This document shows, one piece after another, positions 1 through 7,893 of a stretch of DNA of 64,000 nt (its first letter is position 1; each line of letters opens with the position of its first letter). The notes under the pieces are model-generated. The model saw nothing but the letters and a program-made list of their open reading frames with translations, did no database searches and was not told where the DNA came from. The position numbers were made by a program, and so were the translations under genes. The DNA is from an uncultured Planctomycetaceae bacterium (GTDB lineage Bacteria; Planctomycetota; Planctomycetia; Pirellulales; PALSA-1355): positions 439 to 64,438 of the forward strand of contig CALFYT010000069.1 of NCBI GenBank assembly GCA_937952415.1, in the 5' to 3' direction.

Positions 1-662
1 CCCATCGTGGGCGACTCTTCCGAGCCCGGCACGTCGATCGTGGCCATGCCCGAGTCCGGCGGCGTGCCGTCGCCCCAATCGATCATGAACGTATACGATT
101 CGCCGCCTTCGCCCTGCGGTGCGGCGAACTCTGGTTCGAACTGTCCGCCGTAGTCGGTAAATGTGCCGATATCGGTGATCGAGAGCAGCGCGCCTTCATC
201 GATCGTTTGGTCCGATGCGACCGTCAGCGAAAGTCCTTCGCCGTACTCGTCGCCAACTGGAGCCAACTCTTCGGAACCCGTTTCAGCGGTCGACTGGGTG
301 GTAGGCGGATCGCCAACGAACGTGCTCACTTCGCTATCGATGTCGGAAAGCTCTTCCGGTTCGGCCGCCGCGGTGGGAGCAGCAGCGCCTGGTTCTTGCG
401 CCGGCGGTGGCTCTGCTGTGCCAGCATCGGCGCTACCCGACTCGCCCGGTTCCAGGCCAAGCGCGGTGCCCTCGGCCAGTCCGGTGAGCACGACGGGCGC
501 GATGACCACGGCGCCGGGACTAACCGACAGCACGCGACGCTGTTCGAGCTGCCGGACGAAGAAGGGGACGTCGCCGTGCCGTTCGCCGCGAGTTGGTTCC
601 GGCAACCTCCAATTCCGGCAGACCGCATCCCAGACTCTGGTGAGTCGCCACGGCCGTCGCAT
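1..662 (-). CDS. Large secreted/surface protein, N-terminal part (partial, continues past left edge); PKD-like motif
   Basis: Absent from the ORF track because it has no stop in the window. Manual minus-strand translation from the ATG at 662 stays open to position 1. It reads MRRPWRLTRVW..FFVRQLEQRRVLSVSPGAVV, then an acidic/Pro-rich linker, then ..ESYTFMIDWGDGTPPDSGMATIDVPG. The LEQRRVLS-type N-terminal motif and the WGDGT motif resemble large planctomycetal adhesin-like proteins. Confidence 0.55.
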   Translation of the reverse strand, partial: MRRPWRLTRVWDAVCRNWRLPEPTRGERHGDVPFFVRQLEQRRVLSVSPGAVVIAPVVLTGLAEGTALGLEPGESGSADAGTAEPPPAQEPGAAAPTAAAEPEELSDIDSEVSTFVGDPPTTQSTAETGSEELAPVGDEYGEGLSLTVASDQTIDEGALLSITDIGTFTDYGGQFEPEFAAPQGEGGESYTFMIDWGDGTPPDSGMATIDVPGSEESPTM

Positions 663-928
663 GCTTCCGGTTTCCTTTCGCGCCACCTGACGCCTGCCAC
701 CCGGTTTGAGAACGCCCCAAGAGCCCTATTATCCCTAGCCGCACGACCTTCCGTCAAACTATGCCGGCTGGCCGAAGGCCCGTTTCGGCAGCCCCGTCGC
801 GCGATGCTAGCCCCCGGCGACAAGTTAGGGCGAACCTGCCGCTTTTGACGGATGTGTCGATTGTGCCGGAATTAGCCGAAGTGCGATTTACCCAAGGTCG
901 ATAAGGATTGCAGGGGGGTAGCCACACC

Positions 929-2407
929 ATGCGACATCTCGCGGCGCTGGTCATTCTGACGATCTGTTGGTCCGCATCGGGCTGTGCCACGGCCTTGCAG
1001 GGGGTCGCGCTGATTGGCGGCGCGCAGCCCGCCGCGCGGCAAACCACCCTGTCGGACTTCGGGCGCGTGGTCCAAAACTATTCGCCTGTGGGATCCGGGC
1101 AAGTGGCCACGGCAACCAGCGGCGCCGCTCAAGTGCTTGCTCCGTACGACGATTCGTCCGCCGCCGACGCGGACGCCATGCCAATCACGATGGCCGGCGA
1201 CGAGCCGAACCGACTGGCACCGGTTGCTCCGATGCCGCCCGAACTGCCATTGGGCCAACATGCGGCCCCGACCGAATTAGCCGACGTTGCGCCTCCATGC
1301 AACGATCTGCTTGACGAAGGTGGACGTAGCGCACTCGACGATACGGAGCCAGCGCCGATCGCGCCAGGCCCGGAGGCACTAGCATCCACATCGGGCGACG
1401 AGGACTCATTGCCGGGCGAGATCGCGCCGCTGCCGGACGAACTAGCACCAGCAGCACCGCGGTCGTTGTTACCCCAGCGCGAGGTCGTGCTGGCAACCGA
1501 CGCGGTCGCCGCCCGCTCCAATGCCGAGTTGGGCATTGATGGCGTGGTCGCCGGGCAATACGAACATCCGGCCTATCCCGACGTGGCCGCCGAGCCCGAG
1601 GCTCCAGATGCCCCGGGACCAGATGCACTGGGTTTGGCTGGTGACGAGCCGCCGATCGAAAGAAACGTCGCGCCTCAAACGAGCCAAACGGCACAGCCGC
1701 ATCACAACGCACCCGCCGACGCAACGGCAAGTGCGCAATTGCCGCCTGTGCCAAAGGTCGGCTCAAGTGCGCCCGCTGGGACGTTTGTAGACGAAGCGCA
1801 GGTTCACGTCAGCGATGCGGACGAATACTCGCCGCAGGACAGCGCAATTCCGCTGCTGGCCGACCCGCGCTACATGACCGCAAACCAAGGTGAAGTGGTG
1901 CCGTCTCCGGCGCCAGTGCCCACATCGCCATTCAAGTCAGGTGGCGAAGACGAGGACGCCGACCGATTCGGTCGCCACCTGTCGGACGTCATGCTCGACA
2001 TCCGGCCGACCGAAGGCGTCATGCCAACCGACGTAGCGGCGGAAATCTTCGAGCAACAGGCGATCACCGATCCGCGACAAACCCACGAAGGGCCTGGCAT
2101 CCTCTGCTCGTACACGCCATGGACGATTTGTTTCCGTCCGCTGTACTTCGAAGAAGTGGCGTTGGAGCGCTACGGCGAGAAGCGCCGCTTCCTTCAGCCG
2201 GCTGCCTCGGGCGTGCAGTTCCTGAAGAACATCGCGCTGCTGCCCTACAAGATGCGCGTCCGGCCGCCCCGGTCGTGCGTCTGCTCGAACGGATTCAGCC
2301 GCATTGGCGATTGTCCGCCGCCCGGCTACGGAGAGTGTGTATGGCGCTGGGACGCGGCGATCATCGAGGCCGCGGCCGTTACCGGCTTCGTATTCATCCT
2401 GCCGTAG
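929..2407 (+). CDS. Hypothetical lipoprotein, acidic Pro/Ala-rich with a Cys-rich C-terminal domain
   Basis: ORF 908..2407. The internal ATG at 929 gives MRHLAALVILTICWSASGC, a signal peptide with a lipobox Cys. The low-complexity middle is followed by an ordered C-terminus (CSYTPWTICFRPLYFEEVALERYGEKRRFLQP..CVCSNGFSRIGDCPPPGYGECVW). Confidence 0.7.
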   Translation: MRHLAALVILTICWSASGCATALQGVALIGGAQPAARQTTLSDFGRVVQNYSPVGSGQVATATSGAAQVLAPYDDSSAADADAMPITMAGDEPNRLAPVAPMPPELPLGQHAAPTELADVAPPCNDLLDEGGRSALDDTEPAPIAPGPEALASTSGDEDSLPGEIAPLPDELAPAAPRSLLPQREVVLATDAVAARSNAELGIDGVVAGQYEHPAYPDVAAEPEAPDAPGPDALGLAGDEPPIERNVAPQTSQTAQPHHNAPADATASAQLPPVPKVGSSAPAGTFVDEAQVHVSDADEYSPQDSAIPLLADPRYMTANQGEVVPSPAPVPTSPFKSGGEDEDADRFGRHLSDVMLDIRPTEGVMPTDVAAEIFEQQAITDPRQTHEGPGILCSYTPWTICFRPLYFEEVALERYGEKRRFLQPAASGVQFLKNIALLPYKMRVRPPRSCVCSNGFSRIGDCPPPGYGECVWRWDAAIIEAAAVTGFVFILP

Positions 2408-2433
2408 CGCGGCACGTTGCGAGCGAGCCGATT

Positions 2434-4647
2434 CTACTGGTTGAACGTCTGCTTTAACCAGCGCAAGAACTGAGCCCCCAGCGAACGCGGCGCAACGCTG
2501 ATCTTCGCCCGACCGTGAACGCGTGCCAGCGCGAGCTCTGGCCCCTCGTCGAAGCGCACTCGGGCCTGGTACCACGTGTCGAGCGGTCGTTGCAAGCCGT
2601 TCGGATCGCTCTCGGACGGAACGTCGCCGGCCGCGGCCAACGCGCGCGGCATGACGTCCAGATCGAGTTTGGCGACCTCGCTCACCTGCCCGGTGAAAAC
2701 CTGGCCCGGCAGATGGTCAAACATCATTCGCACCGGCTGGCCGGGCTCGACGAGTTCGACGTCGTTTTGCGCGACGTTGAGCATCGCTTCGAAGCGACTT
2801 GGATCGCCCACCAGACAGAGCAGCGTACCAGTTTCCAGGTAGCTGCCGAGATTGCGCGGATCCAGCGGCGTGCCCGACCAGTTCGGCAATTTGTCGGAAC
2901 GCGTTTCGTGCGAGACGGCCGGCGGCGGCAACACGGTTCCGTCGGTCGGTGCGACGAGCGTCAGCCGCGCCGCATCGGTTTTGAGCTGGGCGAGCCGCTT
3001 GTCCAAGTCCGCCAGGGCCTCGGTTGCCGCGGGGATGCGCGAGCCGTCATCTGTGCCTTGCAGACGCTGGGATTGGAGGTGCTCGAGGAACAGCCGCTGC
3101 CGATCGCGCTCGGAAGTTAGTTGTTGCAGCTCGAGCTGGATGTCGCGGTTCTTCAGGTGGGCCAGCGGCTGTTGGCTGGTGACCTGCTCGCCGACCGAAA
3201 CGCACTCTTCCAACTGCCCGGGCACGGTGACGTAGACGCGCTGCGCGTCGCGATACTCCAAGACAAGCGGCGCGGACACGTCCGTCGGAAGCGGAAAGAA
3301 CGCGACAAACAGCAGCAGGACGATTCCGGCACCAGCCGTGACGCCCACGCGCAGCGGCACCATCCGACGTCGGCGAGTGGGATCCGAGGCCCACCGGGCC
3401 GTTTGTGTCACCGCCGGCGCCGCCATGCCGATCAGCGTAACGCCGGCCAGCACGACCACCAGCGGTTCCAAGTGGTACGGCCGCGCCATTAGGTTCAGCG
3501 CCCATAAGATGGCGATCACGACGAGCCAGCGATAGATTGTCGCAGTGACCCAATACACGACCAACAGCGGCTTTCGGCGCTGCGGTGCGTCATCGGGCCC
3601 GCGAAGGTCGAGCCCGAACAGGGCCCGCGCGAAAAACCGCCGTGCCGCGATCGACGCTTGTTCGCGCAGATTGGGCACTTCGATCAGGTCCGACAGGATG
3701 TAGTATCCGTCGTACCGCAGCAGTGGATTGCCGTTGAGCACGACCGTTCCCACCGAACAGATGAGCATGGTATTGAGACACAACGCGTTGAACGTACCTG
3801 GCCCGCTAAACCACCACAGAAACGTGCAGACCGAGGCCAGCAGCAGCTCGACGTAGATCCCCGCGGCCGAAACGGCGATCCGGCGCCACTTGCTCGGCAG
3901 CATCCAGGAATCCGAGACATTGCAGTACAGGCAGGGCGTAAACACCAGCAGCATCAGCCCGATTTCGTGGCAGTCGCCTCCGAAGCGCCGGCACACCAGG
4001 GCGTGCGCCAGTTCGTGCAAGACCTTGATACCGGCCAGCGCAATCAACAGCAGTGGCACGTTCGAGGCCGACAGGATCGCACCGATCGCCGGGAGCCGCG
4101 CAGTAAACGCATCGAATTGGACAACGACCAACAACAGCGCTGCCAGTGCGAGCAACAAACCAGCGGCAACGCAAACGGGCGAGAACGCCCAGCCGAACCA
4201 ACGCTCAAGCACGTCCAGCACACGCGCCGGATTGAAGCCGCGGAATCGAATTGCCAGGACCGCCAGCAGCGACTCATAGCGGCGCTTGCGACGCTGTTCG
4301 TCGCGCCGAGCCAGAAGCTCGCGACCCTGCTCTGCAGAATCGGCCAACAACAGGCCATAGCGGTGCAGTGTCGCCAGGAAGCCGTGAAGTTGTTGCTCGG
4401 TGACGCGCCGCGGACGTAGATTGTCTTCGACGCGGCGGCGCAGCTCGGCAAGACTGACATGGCCGTCGAGCATCTGCAAGACGGCATGTTCCTCGTCGCG
4501 CAAGTGAAAGTACTTTAGCGCCGCCGGATCCTTCACGGCCCAGTAGCGCTGCCCGGCATAGTGCTGCGCCCGAAACTCCAGGTCGGGCCGCGCACGCAGG
4601 CCCAAGGCGCGATCAGCCGCAGATTCGAGTGGGGGCGCGACCGTCAT
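2434..4647 (-). CDS. Peptidase M50 (site-2 protease) domain fused to a HlyD-type membrane-fusion domain
   Basis: ORF 2434..4686 begins with TTG. The ATG at 4647 (MTVAPPLES) lies 4 nt after the upstream stop. HELAH zinc motif in a TM helix (nt 4003-4017) and NPLLRYDGYY third-ligand motif (3700-3729). Several TM helices. The C-terminal half has a coiled coil plus barrel-sandwich sequence typical of HlyD adaptors. Confidence 0.88.
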   Translation of the reverse strand: MTVAPPLESAADRALGLRARPDLEFRAQHYAGQRYWAVKDPAALKYFHLRDEEHAVLQMLDGHVSLAELRRRVEDNLRPRRVTEQQLHGFLATLHRYGLLLADSAEQGRELLARRDEQRRKRRYESLLAVLAIRFRGFNPARVLDVLERWFGWAFSPVCVAAGLLLALAALLLVVVQFDAFTARLPAIGAILSASNVPLLLIALAGIKVLHELAHALVCRRFGGDCHEIGLMLLVFTPCLYCNVSDSWMLPSKWRRIAVSAAGIYVELLLASVCTFLWWFSGPGTFNALCLNTMLICSVGTVVLNGNPLLRYDGYYILSDLIEVPNLREQASIAARRFFARALFGLDLRGPDDAPQRRKPLLVVYWVTATIYRWLVVIAILWALNLMARPYHLEPLVVVLAGVTLIGMAAPAVTQTARWASDPTRRRRMVPLRVGVTAGAGIVLLLFVAFFPLPTDVSAPLVLEYRDAQRVYVTVPGQLEECVSVGEQVTSQQPLAHLKNRDIQLELQQLTSERDRQRLFLEHLQSQRLQGTDDGSRIPAATEALADLDKRLAQLKTDAARLTLVAPTDGTVLPPPAVSHETRSDKLPNWSGTPLDPRNLGSYLETGTLLCLVGDPSRFEAMLNVAQNDVELVEPGQPVRMMFDHLPGQVFTGQVSEVAKLDLDVMPRALAAAGDVPSESDPNGLQRPLDTWYQARVRFDEGPELALARVHGRAKISVAPRSLGAQFLRWLKQTFNQ

Positions 4648-4651
4648 GACC

Positions 4652-5539
4652 TTACTGCCGCGAGTCCTGCGGCGCCGCGTCGCCAATGGTCATCGATCCG
4701 TGCAGCCCGGGGCGAAGCGTTGATTCGGGGTTTTCGATTTCTGCCCAGATCCGTACCTGGCCGTTGAACGGATCGATTTCGGGACTGACGTACGTCACCG
4801 TGCCGAAGAACTGCGTTGGCTGGCCGTCGATGTCGACGGTCAGTGTCGCCTTGCGACCTTTCAAATCGCTCGGCGCGTCGTCCGCCTTGATCATTCCTTC
4901 GGCCCGCAGCCGATCAAGACGCAGCACGCGGAGGATGGTCTGGCCGGGTTCGACCCATTCGCCCTGGTGCCGATTCACCTCCGCGACGAAACCGGCCAGC
5001 GGCGAAACAATCTGGCGCTGGCGAATCGCGTGCTTCGCGCTGTCCACTTCAATCTGCTTGATCTCGCGGCCCGCTTGCGCCAATTCCAGCTCGAGCTGGG
5101 CTTGTTCGATCTCCAGTTCGGTCTTTTGCACGCTCAAGCGCAGACGGTCCAACTCGGATTGCGACACGCTTTGGGCGAACCGCCGCTCGGATTCGATGGC
5201 TCGGCGCAACTCGGCTTGCGCCACTTCGAGCGACTTGCGCGCGAAGCGGACCTTGACGTCGCTATCGGCCTCTTTGGCCGCGGCGATCAGTTCCATCTCA
5301 GTGCGGCGTTTGTCGAATTGAGCGTCGGCATCGTCGATCTGCGCGACCGCGGCACCGGATTCCACCATTTGACCCTCGCGCGCGATCACTTTGTCCAACA
5401 CACCCGCCTCGCGCGCTGGCACCTCAACTTGATCCAACAACTTGACCAATACCGACGGAACACGAATCTCTGCGGCAGCCAGCCCCGAAGCGGAAGCAAC
5501 GATCATCACCACGGCCAGTAGTCGAATCGTGCGTGTCAT
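4652..5539 (-). CDS. HlyD-family periplasmic adaptor (membrane fusion protein)
   Basis: ORF 4652..5620. The internal ATG at 5539 gives MTRTIRLLAVVMIVASASGLAAAE, a signal anchor, 5 nt after the upstream stop. Long coiled-coil segment (ELEIEQAQLELELAQAGREIKQIEVD) flanked by lipoyl/beta-barrel-like segments (IVSPLAGFVAEV, GMIKADD..ATLTVD). Confidence 0.88.
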   Translation of the reverse strand: MTRTIRLLAVVMIVASASGLAAAEIRVPSVLVKLLDQVEVPAREAGVLDKVIAREGQMVESGAAVAQIDDADAQFDKRRTEMELIAAAKEADSDVKVRFARKSLEVAQAELRRAIESERRFAQSVSQSELDRLRLSVQKTELEIEQAQLELELAQAGREIKQIEVDSAKHAIRQRQIVSPLAGFVAEVNRHQGEWVEPGQTILRVLRLDRLRAEGMIKADDAPSDLKGRKATLTVDIDGQPTQFFGTVTYVSPEIDPFNGQVRIWAEIENPESTLRPGLHGSMTIGDAAPQDSRQ

Positions 5540-5544
5540 CGCTG

Positions 5545-7563
5545 TTACCACCACCAATGGGTTTGTATGAACGCGAGCACTTCGTGGAACCACACATATC
5601 CCAGCGACCGCCGGCCGCAATGCACTTTTGCCAAGACGGTTGCGCCGGGCCGCAGTCCCGCGACGTTCGCCCTATCGAATTTTACGGTTACCAGCACGTT
5701 GGGGCTTGTCGTTTCGTCAACCTCGGATGCCAGCGCCACGTCGGACACGTGCCCCGAGTATTCGACGCCCGGCTCGCTGGCCAATGCAAACTTCACTGCC
5801 AGATCCGGGCTGATGGCGTCGCGCGCTTCGAGTAGATGGCCCGCACGGTCGTCCGGCACGTGCAGTTCGACAATCCACGGTCCGTCCAGATCGCCAACGG
5901 TCATCAAGGCCTGACCGCGTTCGACCGGGCGAGCTTCAAGCAGCTCGCGGAGGTTCCACGTCAAGATTTGGCCGCCGATTGGGCTGCGCAACTGCAGGTC
6001 CGCCTGCCGCGCTTCCAGCACGTCGTGCTGCTGCGAAAGTCCCTTGAGCAGCTCTTTGACCTCCTCGACTTCCGCGGTTAGCCGTTGCGCATCGCGATCA
6101 CGGGCTGTTTGATCCCGATTGTTCGCAAGCGACTCGGCTTGCAAGGCAGCCAGTTTCTTTTCAGCAGTTCGAATCTCACCGGCCACACGGCGCAGATCGA
6201 GATCAAGCTGCGGTTGTCGCAGCAAGACGAGCGCTTGATCGGCATCAACCGATCCACCGTGATCCACCAACAACCGATCGACGACGCCGTCATCCGAGGC
6301 GAAGACGTCGCGTCGAACGGCCGGCTGCAACTCGCCCTTGGCTCCCACGTCGAAGTCGGCGGGTATCAACGTCAGCCCGGCCACTGCAAGACAAATTGCA
6401 ACTAGCGCCAGTACGGTCTTGGGCAACTGCCGGGCTTCGGTCAGCCAGCCGATCCGTGCCAGAACACGCCCCACGCGCGCCAACGGCATGTGGCTGTGCG
6501 CAATCGAGTTTGCCAAGGCCAATCCGCCATGCTCGCCAACTTGGGCCAAACGTTCGCGAAGTTCTGCTTGCCGTCCTGGCGATTCGAACTGCTCGGCCAC
6601 CAGCGCGCCGACAATGTGGCTCGGCTGTTGAACCACGCCCGATGCGCTCTGACGTAGCGGAATGATCGCCAGCAATCGGGCATGCGATTCGTCGAGGTAG
6701 GCGTGCAGGGGCTGCTCAATTTGGCCGGGCAAGTCCTCGTCGCCATCGCAGTACCAGATCGGATCGCCGGTGGCCATGCACGGCCCGACCAGGCGTTCGA
6801 GTGTGCGGAGCAGCTTCGAGCGTCGGTCGATCGCGTCGACACCGCTAACGGCTACCGTGCGAAAGTTTCGCCCGCGGCGTTGCAGTACGGTAAGTCGGTC
6901 ACAGCCGACAACGCGCCGGCCTTCATTAGCGATGCGATACGCTGTCGCCGCGGCGTCAAGATCGCGGTGAACGCGCAGGGCGAACTGATCGACCTGACCT
7001 CGGGCCGAATCGCGATCTCGCAGCCGGCTCAGCTCGCGCTGGCGGTGGAAATCGTCGGTCAGTTCGACCATCGCCTCGAGCAGACGCAGCAAGCCCTCGC
7101 GCTGGGCCGCGTTGAGCGGTTGTCGCTGTACCAACTCGATCACGCCGAAAGTGTGTTGGTTGATTCGAAACCGCTGGACGAACGCCCAGCCCGTTTCGCC
7201 CTGCTGTGCCTCGGTCGGCGAGCGGGCATTTTCGCGCAGCGCGATGCTCCGCGATTGCTCCTGGTGGAGGGTATCTTCGACCAGCACTTGATGGCTTGCT
7301 AGCAGCTCGCTGGCAGCGGCACTGGTCGAACGGATCAGTCCCGCCTGGTATTCGAGCCGCAGTTGCCCCGATTCGGCGGCGGTCCAGATTGCTCCGCCCG
7401 AAACGCCGGTCGCGGCAACGATTCGATCCAACAGCATCCGATAGAAGGCGACCTCCGACGGCGCGGAGCGGGCCGCAACCGAGAGCGCATCGAGCACATC
7501 CTCGATTTCGTGCCAGTCAGGATGGGACGGGCCGGAATCGACCCCAAGAGAATGGGAGCCCAT
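5545..7563 (-). CDS. Tandem GAF-like domains + TM + HlyD-type adaptor domain
   Basis: 672-aa ORF with ATG at 7563. The N-terminal ~370 aa are cytoplasmic and contain two GAF-like repeats (..GGAIWTAAESGQLRLEYQAG.. and ..RLTVLQRRGRNFRTVAVSGVD..). One TM helix (TVLALVAICLAVAGLTLIP). The rest is coiled coil plus beta-barrel adaptor sequence (LRSPIGGQILTW, ATVLAKVHCG). Confidence 0.82.
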   Translation of the reverse strand: MGSHSLGVDSGPSHPDWHEIEDVLDALSVAARSAPSEVAFYRMLLDRIVAATGVSGGAIWTAAESGQLRLEYQAGLIRSTSAAASELLASHQVLVEDTLHQEQSRSIALRENARSPTEAQQGETGWAFVQRFRINQHTFGVIELVQRQPLNAAQREGLLRLLEAMVELTDDFHRQRELSRLRDRDSARGQVDQFALRVHRDLDAAATAYRIANEGRRVVGCDRLTVLQRRGRNFRTVAVSGVDAIDRRSKLLRTLERLVGPCMATGDPIWYCDGDEDLPGQIEQPLHAYLDESHARLLAIIPLRQSASGVVQQPSHIVGALVAEQFESPGRQAELRERLAQVGEHGGLALANSIAHSHMPLARVGRVLARIGWLTEARQLPKTVLALVAICLAVAGLTLIPADFDVGAKGELQPAVRRDVFASDDGVVDRLLVDHGGSVDADQALVLLRQPQLDLDLRRVAGEIRTAEKKLAALQAESLANNRDQTARDRDAQRLTAEVEEVKELLKGLSQQHDVLEARQADLQLRSPIGGQILTWNLRELLEARPVERGQALMTVGDLDGPWIVELHVPDDRAGHLLEARDAISPDLAVKFALASEPGVEYSGHVSDVALASEVDETTSPNVLVTVKFDRANVAGLRPGATVLAKVHCGRRSLGYVWFHEVLAFIQTHWWW

Positions 7564-7893
7564 AGCGTTCGAGTATAGTCGATAAGCTGCGCAAAAACTG
7601 GTCGGCTCGGCGACCTTGCCAAGCGCATGTCAACGGCAACCGATTGGGGAAATCTTGACGATTGTAGTGAGAATTATGATGGGTTGGTCTGCGTTGCAGC
7701 CGATCTAGTAAAGCGAAGTGGGGGGCACCGTGCGGTAATTGCGCGCACGTTGCGCGCAGCCGCTTGACAGCGTCGACCAAAAAACTGCCCAAACCGTGCG
7801 ACCACAGCTAGCGGACCGATGCCGCCACCGGTGGGCCCGGCCAGCAGCTCGAACGATCCACGGATTTGGTGGGCTAATCGTCGTGCTTTCAAG

